DNA of 20,000 nucleotides from an uncultured virus (IMG/VR IMGVR_UViG_3300013114_000208) (taxonomy: Duplodnaviria; Heunggongvirae; Uroviricota; Caudoviricetes). The DNA lies in the IMG/VR virus record IMGVR_UViG_3300013114_000208, positions 57,824 to 77,823 of that record. One strand, 5' to 3'. Numbering within the stretch: position 1 is the first letter of the stretch; the number at the start of each line of letters is the position of its first letter. Positions 8,055-16,907 of this stretch are shown one piece after another. The notes under the pieces are model-generated. The model did not search any database and was not told the DNA's origin. It saw nothing but the letters and a program-made list of their open reading frames with translations. The position numbers and the translations under genes were made by a program.

Positions 8055-11000
8055 CTAACTAGTAATGATAGTACCGCTTGCTCTAATCTTAGAAGCAGTT
8101 ACAGCATCTATAATTTCTACATCTTCTACTTTTGCATCACTAATAAAAATTTCATCATTATTACTTTGTATTTCAAATAAACTACCAAAATTTTGATTCG
8201 TACCTTTTGGTACAATTAAAACAGTAGCAATATACGGAGTTAATTGATTGTGAATATATGCTGATAATTCTGTAAAATAAAAAGTGTCACCAAAATCCCA
8301 ATTACTTTGATCAAAATAATCATTGATTGCTTCAATAGTTTGTGTTTTAATTTCTGTATCAGTTATTATTGAATTAGCATTTTTTACAATTTTAAATGAT
8401 GCTTGCAAGTTAGTTGATGCTTTTGCACCAAATAATGGTTTATATTTTACTGGATGAAAAATAATTTCATCACTTAACATTTTGTAGTCTAATAAGTTAC
8501 TAAATTGTGTATTCAATTCGTTTGTTGTACTTGTTGTTGGTTCAGTAACTATACCTATATTATCTTGAATGTACTTTGTATATGCATTACTATATGCTTT
8601 TGTTAATACATACATATCAATAATATTGCTTAACCCTGGATTAATTCTCCTATCTGATGGTGAATTGTGTTTGTAATTAAATTTAAGTGATTTACGTCCA
8701 GTATATACTTTATAATCTGTGCTGACTAAAAATGTACTATCAGTTTTATTGAACACTCTAAATGCTTTATCTGTAGTCAAGTAAATTACTTCCTTATCAG
8801 TAAACAATGTTGTAGATGCAGCTGATAATGCTGTTGCTGTTGCATATGTTACATTAACTGTTTTAGTAGTTAATCTCCATTGTTCCCCACCACTTTCTTC
8901 TGTAAACTTTTCAAAAAATACTGATTTAGTATTTGGATTTACTGTTGGGGCAACAACTAATGTAAATTGATCTGGATTATCTGGAATACCGTCAGCATCA
9001 CTATCCAAAAATGTTACTAGTACTCTGCGAGAATTTGTTGCTCCTGAAAAACCCGTATCTAATCCATAAATTTGCCAAATATGATCTTTATCCATTGCTG
9101 TGTTAGAATCAGGTTGGGCATTAATACCAAGTACATTAACTTGATCTGTGACTGTTTTTGCTGTGCGTGAATTGTAAATTTTAACGGAACTATCAAAGTA
9201 AAAACGTGCTTCCATGTCACTTTCAATACTATACTTTAATCCTCTATACGTTGTTGTATATGTTGTTCCGTTACTTTTAAATCTAATCAACCAACTTGCA
9301 TCCCTTTTCAAACTAGTTGTATCGCCAGCATAAGCAAATGAAAATTCAGAAGTTGTATCTATGTCTGCCGCTAATATAATTACCCACTCTCTTGTGGTGG
9401 CATCAAAGCGTAAACCAAATTCTTCATGTTTAAAGATTTTAGTTAGCATTGCTGTTTCCATAGCGGATGGCAAGTCTGTTATGAACTGCGGAATAATTTC
9501 AGCAACTTCAGCACCATCACCAATTAACTCACTAATTGTAATTGGGCCGGCACCGCTAGCTAAATTCCCTGCGCCACTGTTATGACCATCACCTACTACA
9601 CTTTTAATCATTGCCCAAATGTTTGCAAATGTACCTGGATCGCCTACACTACCAGTATGTAGACTACCATCTGATTTAAAATATTTGCCGCTTGGTGCAT
9701 TAAATTTTACTAGGGCATTCCCGGTCAAATACTTTCTATTATCTGATGCTGGCGCAGATGCTCCTATAGGAACAGATGCTCCTAAATTATTTTTAAAATA
9801 ACCGGTGCTCGAATTAGTACTTGTGGTACTTTGTTCCCATACCGTTGCACCAACCGTAATCCTATCATATTTTTCAAAGTAATAATGTTTACTACCCACA
9901 TCACGTAATATTGGTTCTATCTTATCACGAATTGTTCGTAATATATCCATTTCATTTGCAAACTCAAAATCAAATGTATTAGAGAAATATTCTCTAAACA
10001 ATATTCCATCTGTGCCAAATATATTAGTTGAAGAATATTTTGCTGTTGGATCTACTACGTCCAAGTAGCGAGAAATACCGCTCGACGTTCTATTTGTTGC
10101 TTTAATTTTTATAATTTCATTTGTAGAAGTAATAGGAAATATATTATAATCTTCACCATTTACCATACGATTTTGTGTATAATAACTTTGTGGTGCTTTG
10201 GTTTTAATGTCCTCTAATGTTTCTCTAGTAGTAGCATTTGTAACTTGTGATTCCAAGTTAAATGTAAATGTTAATGTATGCGTTAAATTATTATTATTAA
10301 TATAGGGCATGGCTATAGAAACATTTTGCATGTCGTCTGTTTTTATAATATAATCTAAACCATTGGTTTGTCTAAAGTAACCCCTATATGTTCCGCGTGG
10401 AATGTTTGAAAAAATACCATCACCAAAAACATATGATATTTGATCACTTTCTAATGAGTTTACACTATATAATGTTCTTGTATCTTTGTTTAAACTATTG
10501 AATATAATATTATTACCTGTTACTGCCGGCACTTGAGTCCATAGCGTAGATAAATCATTATTTGAATCTAACTCATATAACCAGACATCATTATTAGAGA
10601 TGTTGCTATTATTAACAAATACTTGCCTATTAGGAATTGCATCACTGATAGTAAAACTACTACTTTGTAATATACCTTGTTTAAAATATACAAAATATCC
10701 TGTATTAGCACTACCGTTTCCTTTACCGTCATTTCTATATAATATACCAAAAGGGGATACATTACTTGGTGCCTGTTCATAAACATAAGTTTTATCTTTA
10801 AATGTAGCATTAGTAATTTCAAAATCCATAGAAATGCCTTCTACTTCTTTCGTAAAAGAATATATTGGTAATGTGCCTGCTGGTATATTAATTTGATATT
10901 GTTCTGTTTTTACATTATTGAGAGTACTTTTTAAATTGGGAGTACCAACTTTTTGTGTTGTTACCATCGCGGCATTTAATATTAAATTAACTTGCTCTGC

Positions 11001-11456
11001 ATAATCAATATTGTTAATGTCATTCCATGTAATAGTAGTATTTGCCAAGTTTGTTCCGTTAGAATCATATACATCTTCTGTTGTAGAAATACTTGCCAAT
11101 TTTAACATTCCACTAGCATTTATATTTCGTTTAGAATTATAACTAACGAGTCTTGCTAATCTTAATATGCTTTCTCTACGTTCAGCAGTAGCAAGAAAGT
11201 TTTCACGTGAGTTTAAGTCTACTCTGTAACTAATATTTTGTCCCATGTAAGCAATAAGATCTATTAATGCTATAAACTCTGAACTTTCAACGTAGTCATT
11301 AAAATCTTCAGGGTAATATAATTTAAGATAATCAATCATTGACTTACGCAATGTTTCAAAATCATAACTTTCAAAATCAGCATTAATAAAAGATTGATAT
11401 ACTACCTTCCAATCTTCTGCTTGATAAATTGTGTTTTGTCTTGTTGTTAATGCCAT
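8055..11456 (-). CDS. gp6: Baseplate wedge subunit, T4 gp6/BaseplateJ-like, enlarged (1133 aa)
   Basis: N-terminal DFESYDFETLRKSMIDYLK...ENFLATAERRESILRLARLVSY, central FGDGIFSNIP and ETLEDIKTKAPQSYYTQNRMVNGEDY, C-terminal AINDYFDQSNWDFGDTFYFTELSAYI. Directly follows gp25. Confidence 0.9.
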   Translation of the reverse strand: MALTTRQNTIYQAEDWKVVYQSFINADFESYDFETLRKSMIDYLKLYYPEDFNDYVESSEFIALIDLIAYMGQNISYRVDLNSRENFLATAERRESILRLARLVSYNSKRNINASGMLKLASISTTEDVYDSNGTNLANTTITWNDINNIDYAEQVNLILNAAMVTTQKVGTPNLKSTLNNVKTEQYQINIPAGTLPIYSFTKEVEGISMDFEITNATFKDKTYVYEQAPSNVSPFGILYRNDGKGNGSANTGYFVYFKQGILQSSSFTISDAIPNRQVFVNNSNISNNDVWLYELDSNNDLSTLWTQVPAVTGNNIIFNSLNKDTRTLYSVNSLESDQISYVFGDGIFSNIPRGTYRGYFRQTNGLDYIIKTDDMQNVSIAMPYINNNNLTHTLTFTFNLESQVTNATTRETLEDIKTKAPQSYYTQNRMVNGEDYNIFPITSTNEIIKIKATNRTSSGISRYLDVVDPTAKYSSTNIFGTDGILFREYFSNTFDFEFANEMDILRTIRDKIEPILRDVGSKHYYFEKYDRITVGATVWEQSTTSTNSSTGYFKNNLGASVPIGASAPASDNRKYLTGNALVKFNAPSGKYFKSDGSLHTGSVGDPGTFANIWAMIKSVVGDGHNSGAGNLASGAGPITISELIGDGAEVAEIIPQFITDLPSAMETAMLTKIFKHEEFGLRFDATTREWVIILAADIDTTSEFSFAYAGDTTSLKRDASWLIRFKSNGTTYTTTYRGLKYSIESDMEARFYFDSSVKIYNSRTAKTVTDQVNVLGINAQPDSNTAMDKDHIWQIYGLDTGFSGATNSRRVLVTFLDSDADGIPDNPDQFTLVVAPTVNPNTKSVFFEKFTEESGGEQWRLTTKTVNVTYATATALSAASTTLFTDKEVIYLTTDKAFRVFNKTDSTFLVSTDYKVYTGRKSLKFNYKHNSPSDRRINPGLSNIIDMYVLTKAYSNAYTKYIQDNIGIVTEPTTSTTNELNTQFSNLLDYKMLSDEIIFHPVKYKPLFGAKASTNLQASFKIVKNANSIITDTEIKTQTIEAINDYFDQSNWDFGDTFYFTELSAYIHNQLTPYIATVLIVPKGTNQNFGSLFEIQSNNDEIFISDAKVEDVEIIDAVTASKIRASGTIITS

Positions 11457-11848
11457 TATGCTGTTTCTCTCACTGTTACTTGGCCAGATGTGTTATTAAA
11501 ATCAAACAAAAGTGATCCTAATATTTGATCAGGTATATATTTTACTTGTAATTCTAAAAGCAATCCATTTTCATACTGTTCAAGCAATATGCTTTCTGCT
11601 TCCAATCTTGGATCATACCCAATAATACTTTTAATATCTTCTTCTATTTCAGATACTATTTCGTCTGTTAGTGGCTCGTATAATGCATCCCAAACTATGG
11701 ACCCAAATTCTGGATTCATTAGTTTTTCACCCTTGCGAATGTTAAAATGATTTGTTAAATCTTGTTTTGCAAGTTCAAATCCACTCAAAGTGTATGAGTT
11801 GGAAAATTGTTTTTTGTAGGTCGAAAACCCTTTATACGTAATAGCCAT
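11456..11848 (-). CDS. gp25: Baseplate wedge/sheath initiator, GPW/gp25 family (130 aa)
   Basis: AKQDLTNHFNIRKGEKLMNPEFGSIVWDALYEP...YDPRL matches the gp25 signature. I prefer the ATG at 11848 (MAITYKGFST) over the track's TTG at 11854, which abuts the late promoter motif. The stop overlaps the gp6 start (TAATG). Confidence 0.92.
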   Translation of the reverse strand: MAITYKGFSTYKKQFSNSYTLSGFELAKQDLTNHFNIRKGEKLMNPEFGSIVWDALYEPLTDEIVSEIEEDIKSIIGYDPRLEAESILLEQYENGLLLELQVKYIPDQILGSLLFDFNNTSGQVTVRETA

Positions 11849-11854
11849 GTACAA

Positions 11855-11862
11855 TATTTAGT
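11855..11862 (-). promoter_or_regulatory. Putative gp55-dependent late promoter (ACTAAATA)
   Basis: The minus strand reads AACTAAATA-TTGTAC-ATG in the short gp5-gp25 intergenic gap. TAAATA is the core of the T4 late consensus TATAAATA. Confidence 0.7.
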
Positions 11863-11890
11863 TAATTTAATAATATGCTACTATATATAA

Positions 11891-13396
11891 CTATGGTTTT
11901 TTAGTTACATGTGGAGGACTGCCAACAGTAGGCCCTAGGCCGTTCTGATGATCGCGCGGATCTGGTTCATGCATTGGAACACGTTGCATTGCGATTGTAT
12001 ATTGATTTTCGCCATCTACTTTATAAGTTTCAGTTTTATCATCCAACGTAACCCATGGTTTTTCGTATAACGGAATATGCGATGCTTCTTCAGCCGGGTT
12101 ACCTACTTCTGTATTAAGTTTAATTGGATTCTCCTTGCCACCGCCACTTTTAAAATACATACAAGCTAAAGTTGTAACACTAATTGCTTCTTTGGCAGTA
12201 ACATTAAACCAGTCTGTTGATTTAATATTAAATGTACCTGTAGCAGTTTGTTTCATATTACCATTAATAAAGAAATGGGCATGTCCCTTACCACTTACTG
12301 AGGCAGGATTTGTTTCAACTCTTAGATTGTGCCCAGCAAGCATAACTAAATCCTCACCAGATTGTATATGAACATTTTTATCTGCTAAAAAGTTCATGTT
12401 GCCTTCAGTATGCACACTAACATCTTGCTTACTAAACACATCAATTTGTCCTTCATTAGTCATTTCAACCCAAGTAGTACCAGTTGCGTTGCCTATATAA
12501 ATTATACCATCTGTATCATTTAATAATATTTGATGGCCAGTTCCTGTTCTTAATCTAATGTTTCTATTTCTACCACTATTGTCACCATCATCCATGACAA
12601 AAGTATGGCCACTATCTCGATTAGCAGGCCAATCATAACCAGGATTTTGTGGAGTAACCAATCCTTGTTTTATTTTAGGACCGTTAGGATCTAATGGTCC
12701 AGGAGTAGAAACACCAAAAACATTGGACGGAGATTCACGTTGTGCGCTAGATGTTGAAAGTCCTCTAACATAATCATTTTGCAATCCTTGTGACATTAAT
12801 ATATCAGCTAATGGATGTAATGGTTTTAAAATGTTTAAAAAGTCATTTCTTTCTTCAGCGGCTTGTCTATTAAACTCTGCTACTGGTAATTCGGCAGTAC
12901 CACCGGCCATAACAGACTTTATTCCTGCTTTTGTTGTTGCAGTATTGGGATGAAATGCTGGACTAGTTGCAATGCCTGGTACCATGTGAAGCATATATGG
13001 CTCAGGAACACCTCCTATAATATATGCTTCTTCTTGCTTACCATCAACAAATATTACCATTACAAGACTATCTACGTCTGGTGTAGGGAACCACATTCCG
13101 TATGATTTTGATGTACCAGCATACGATGATTTTTCATTACCTGTGCGATTTGTTCTACCATAATATGGAAGTAATAAATTACATAACACAGTATTTGCTC
13201 GAGTTTCTTGTTTTTGATTAGTTGTTTGAGATGATAGACGTTGGCTTTGCAATGCAGGTATATAAACAGCAATTCTGTTCATACCAGATGGATCACCAAA
13301 TCCCTTTACTATACCAACATATGGGCCTGGACCACGGCGTTCAATTTTTGATTTAGCATCAGTAGGTGCGCCTATATTAAATTCTCGTCGTACCAT
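11891..13396 (-). CDS. gp5: Baseplate central spike, gp5/VgrG/gpV-like (OB fold plus beta-helix), with no recognisable lysozyme domain
   Basis: GPYVGIVK...DPSGMNRIAVYIP...SYGMWFPTPDVDSLVMVIFVDG (gp5 OB-fold-like), followed by GHTFVMDD, GHQILLND and ~8-residue beta-helix periodicity (QDVSVHTEGNMNFLADKNVHIQSGEDLVML). His-containing C-terminal PMHEPDPRDH. Lies upstream of gp25. Confidence 0.8.
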   Translation of the reverse strand: MVRREFNIGAPTDAKSKIERRGPGPYVGIVKGFGDPSGMNRIAVYIPALQSQRLSSQTTNQKQETRANTVLCNLLLPYYGRTNRTGNEKSSYAGTSKSYGMWFPTPDVDSLVMVIFVDGKQEEAYIIGGVPEPYMLHMVPGIATSPAFHPNTATTKAGIKSVMAGGTAELPVAEFNRQAAEERNDFLNILKPLHPLADILMSQGLQNDYVRGLSTSSAQRESPSNVFGVSTPGPLDPNGPKIKQGLVTPQNPGYDWPANRDSGHTFVMDDGDNSGRNRNIRLRTGTGHQILLNDTDGIIYIGNATGTTWVEMTNEGQIDVFSKQDVSVHTEGNMNFLADKNVHIQSGEDLVMLAGHNLRVETNPASVSGKGHAHFFINGNMKQTATGTFNIKSTDWFNVTAKEAISVTTLACMYFKSGGGKENPIKLNTEVGNPAEEASHIPLYEKPWVTLDDKTETYKVDGENQYTIAMQRVPMHEPDPRDHQNGLGPTVGSPPHVTKKP

Positions 13397-13397
13397 T

Positions 13398-16300
13398 TTA
13401 TGATATTAGTAAGTTTTGAAAATAACCTACTTCCTCCCACGTTCTGTATATATTACCATACTTACCATGAATTGTTTGATTGGTTTTACTTGCGTCATTC
13501 GCAATGGTGTATGCGGCCTTTTTAGCAACTAAATTTCCTGTTCCAATAAGAATTTCGCGTTGTGTTCTAATTAATTCTTCGTTAGTATTAATGGATGCCT
13601 TATCATCGGCTGTGTATGAAGACAAATTAATTTCATTTTCAGCAACTCCATATAGCCCACCTTTTTTATTATAATCAAATAATGGTGCACCATTATTTGT
13701 AGTAGAAACAATACTTGTACCATTTGCTACTCCTGTTAATGTTTTGTGTAATGCACTACTGCGTAATCCAGCTACAGATGTTTGGCTAGGGTGTCCGCTG
13801 TTTTCAGAAAAGGTTGGAGTTAAACTATCATTATCAAATGTTTGACTTAATGTGTCAGTATTATTTCCCATTGCATTTACATTATCAGCAAATGTGGTTT
13901 GTTGTTCTACTGATGAGGTGTCGGATAGTGCGTTAATATTAGTTAATTTTTTTTGTGCCGCATCAAATCTTATTTTATTTTCATCTGTATTTTGTTTATT
14001 GCGGGCATTATCATTGGAAACAAACACATTACTAGAAGTAGTTCTTGAATCTCGCACACTTAATACACCAGGGTCCGTTGCTTCATTCATTAGAATAGTA
14101 CGTTCAAGATCTATTTCTTTTTTTAATGTATCTTGTTGTATGGCTAGTTGATCGCGTTGTCTAGTAGTTAATGATGCTTCTGATGTAGTATCTCTTTTGG
14201 CGGATCCACCTGATGTTGCTATAGAATTTGCAATTTGCCCCAGGCTTGCGCCTGCACCCAGGCTTGCTCCTCCTTGAGTAAAATCTGACCTATCATTAAA
14301 ACTCCCTTCCTCTAAAGGATTGTACTTTTGTTCTCTCCATTGGTTATATACACGAGTTAAATTTAACGATTGATTGAATTCTCCACCTTGAAAAGTATTA
14401 ACAACCTCCCACACTCTGTAATAACCACTTAATGTACTTGATCTATGTCTTGGATCCCCCGCATTAAAGTCCATTAAACCAGTCCCTTCACTATAGTCGG
14501 TTGGTGTTTTGTATGAAAGATATATATGGGCATCTTGATGGTCAGCCAATGCGGCACCATTTGCTGGATCTATGGCCCAATTATGATCAATGGTTCCTGT
14601 TTTAGTCTTTCGTCCTACATTTACAATACCGTCTTGTTGTATATAGAGTGGATCCCCGACAATATTAATAGTACATTGCATCATATCAGAACCTAACTTT
14701 CTATATAAATTTTCTAATATAGTGCCGGCCGCCTTTTGTTTACTATTATGGTTTGATCCAGTACTATATCTGCGATCATGTTGATCAGCAGATGCAGGTG
14801 TTGTAGCATTTGATTTTGCTAGGCCTGGGCCAGTCCCTGAATTTTTACTCTCATCTACTTTTGCTTTTTTAGAATCTCCTGTTCCTTGCCCTATCATACT
14901 TTGCATAAAAGAATTATTAAAACTAATTGCAAAATCTTTAACATCTATATTTTGGCCAGTATATATGTATTGGTAATTACGCATAGCAGGTGCTGTTACG
15001 CCCACGCCTATCTCACATTTACCACCAGTAGTTACTGGATCATTTACTCTGTATGGTGTAATTTGAATAATAGTATGCATACCATATTGGCCTCTTGCGT
15101 CATCCCATTCTTTTAGTACAGGAACAAAGGTAACTTTCCACCATAATAATCCTTGATCTGGATTTTTTAAAAGTTCTTTATTTTTTAGGTTACTTTTGTT
15201 TGTTCCCCCTTCGAATGCATTCTCTGGATCTATTAATTGGTCAGTGATATATTCACTAAAAGTAATAATTTTTTCAATAACGGCCAATTGTTTGGTGCCT
15301 GCGGCAATAGATACTTTTGCTGGGTTGCCTTCTTTTACAGGAATAATTCCTTTGCTTTTTTCGGCTTCTGCCTTTGCTTCTCTATCTTTTACTTTTTTTC
15401 TAATAGCAGCTCTCGCCTTCACGGCCTTCACTCCAACGCCGTGTCCTACCCATATTGGCGGCATATCTTTAAATGGATCTTCTTTTGGTTTTTCCTCTAG
15501 TTGAGCGTCCTCTGCTACCTCTAGTACTATCTTAGCTTTTGCTATCGCAGGATCAATATCAAATTCTATTGTATCAGCAACTTCTTGAACCTTAGGGCCT
15601 GCTATTGCGGCAGATCCAGAACCCATATCATCAAAAGCGGCGGTGTTTGTTCCGGCGCCGCCGGCGTTGGCGCTGGCGCCCTGACTCACCAATGCACGAG
15701 CCTCATCCATATTGGGGCCTATATGTGTTCTATGCTTTTGGTTATCGTTATAAATCTGAGCAAATTCAGTTAAAAATTCTCCTACTGTTACACCCCACAA
15801 TTCATTACTTTCCATTTTAATATTTCGCGGATGGTCTTTTTTAATAGTGGTGGATGCAACAAATTGAAGACCACACGTCGACCCATCCCCAGCAACATCA
15901 AACACCATGTTTATAAGTCTCACTGGTATTTGTCTCATTGCTGGTTTAATAAGCTCAGGCTTCCCAGATTCATCATATCCAATAAATTCTATTTTAATAA
16001 GAAGTGGAAATTCTGCCCAATTTTCTCGCCCATCTCTTGTAACTAATGTATAGAACCTTTCTAAAAGCGTTGCGCCAATAGGTTCAACGACTTCCATATT
16101 ACATTCAAAAATATTAGTGGCTCTTGATTCACCACTGAGTCCCATAATAGACGTTGTAGTAAAAGAAGATATATAAAAATCCACATCAAATTCTTCATGT
16201 CGTGGAGCAGGTGTTGGATAATTTCTACCTGGAGGACCACTTGCTCCGGGCCCATGCTCAGCAATACCACCACTAGAAAATAATACTTTTTTATTATTTT

Positions 16301-16598
16301 CTTTTAATGGCCATTTTCCATTTTGAATATCTGCATTATAATCTTCTATCGAATCCCAAGTCATTAAACTAATTTTATATGTATAATTGGCATAATTATG
16401 TAAAATATTATCAGGGCATTCTGGGCCAGGTTTGTTTGCTATAATAGTTTGGTTAGCATTTATTTCAGATTGTAACCCACCACTACTATCAGCTTGGCCT
16501 GCGTCTGCTGGTGTTGCCGCATGGGGAGAATGCCCAGTTGATTCAGCATGTCTGCTCGTTGCCGCAGTACCATCTAATGTTACGTCTGAAGCTGCCAT
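13398..16598 (-). CDS. Putative baseplate hub protein (gp27/gpD/VgrG N-terminal-like) with long extensions
   Basis: 1066-aa ORF between the gp53-like and spike genes. CTINIVGDP and LSGYYRVWEVVNTFQGGEFNQSLNLTR resemble the terminal strands of hub proteins. The call rests on synteny plus weak motifs. Confidence 0.6.
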   Translation of the reverse strand: MAASDVTLDGTAATSRHAESTGHSPHAATPADAGQADSSGGLQSEINANQTIIANKPGPECPDNILHNYANYTYKISLMTWDSIEDYNADIQNGKWPLKENNKKVLFSSGGIAEHGPGASGPPGRNYPTPAPRHEEFDVDFYISSFTTTSIMGLSGESRATNIFECNMEVVEPIGATLLERFYTLVTRDGRENWAEFPLLIKIEFIGYDESGKPELIKPAMRQIPVRLINMVFDVAGDGSTCGLQFVASTTIKKDHPRNIKMESNELWGVTVGEFLTEFAQIYNDNQKHRTHIGPNMDEARALVSQGASANAGGAGTNTAAFDDMGSGSAAIAGPKVQEVADTIEFDIDPAIAKAKIVLEVAEDAQLEEKPKEDPFKDMPPIWVGHGVGVKAVKARAAIRKKVKDREAKAEAEKSKGIIPVKEGNPAKVSIAAGTKQLAVIEKIITFSEYITDQLIDPENAFEGGTNKSNLKNKELLKNPDQGLLWWKVTFVPVLKEWDDARGQYGMHTIIQITPYRVNDPVTTGGKCEIGVGVTAPAMRNYQYIYTGQNIDVKDFAISFNNSFMQSMIGQGTGDSKKAKVDESKNSGTGPGLAKSNATTPASADQHDRRYSTGSNHNSKQKAAGTILENLYRKLGSDMMQCTINIVGDPLYIQQDGIVNVGRKTKTGTIDHNWAIDPANGAALADHQDAHIYLSYKTPTDYSEGTGLMDFNAGDPRHRSSTLSGYYRVWEVVNTFQGGEFNQSLNLTRVYNQWREQKYNPLEEGSFNDRSDFTQGGASLGAGASLGQIANSIATSGGSAKRDTTSEASLTTRQRDQLAIQQDTLKKEIDLERTILMNEATDPGVLSVRDSRTTSSNVFVSNDNARNKQNTDENKIRFDAAQKKLTNINALSDTSSVEQQTTFADNVNAMGNNTDTLSQTFDNDSLTPTFSENSGHPSQTSVAGLRSSALHKTLTGVANGTSIVSTTNNGAPLFDYNKKGGLYGVAENEINLSSYTADDKASINTNEELIRTQREILIGTGNLVAKKAAYTIANDASKTNQTIHGKYGNIYRTWEEVGYFQNLLIS

Positions 16599-16604
16599 GC
16601 TATA

Positions 16605-16907
16605 TTATCCATCTAATGATCGTGTTAACGTAGATAATTGTGGAAGATATATTGTGGTACCAGTAGTAAAATCCCAAATAGGATCTACTATAATATCTGG
16701 ATTACGTACAGTAAAAACCCACCAAAAAGTGGATCTCCCATATAAATCATGCGCTAATAAATCTGGTCTATTGTTGTAAAGTTGATCAATTGTATACACC
16801 ATATCATCTGGCTCAAAAGAAAATGTTCTATAAGTCATCAAATCTAATTTATTATTGGCTATAGGAGTAATGGCATACGGACTATCAGCTGAGTAAGTAA
16901 CTGTCAT
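16605..16907 (-). CDS. gp53: Baseplate wedge protein, gp53/LysM-like (100 aa)
   Basis: YNNRPDLLAHDLYGRSTFWWVFTVRNPDIIVDPIWDFTTGTTIYLP matches the gp53/gpX-type RPDxxAxxLYG...WW...N pattern. Confidence 0.8.
   Translation of the reverse strand: MTVTYSADSPYAITPIANNKLDLMTYRTFSFEPDDMVYTIDQLYNNRPDLLAHDLYGRSTFWWVFTVRNPDIIVDPIWDFTTGTTIYLPQLSTLTRSLDG

Noticed and set aside
14239..14267. Direct repeat CCCAGGCTTGC x2 with an 18-nt period
   Set aside because: A two-copy in-frame micro-duplication (GASLG). It is not a CRISPR or DGR repeat.
1676..16779. Numerous 60-126 aa ORFs in the track, on the plus strand or in alternative minus frames
   Set aside because: All overlap long, motif-bearing minus-strand genes, and most are antisense mirrors with atypical composition.
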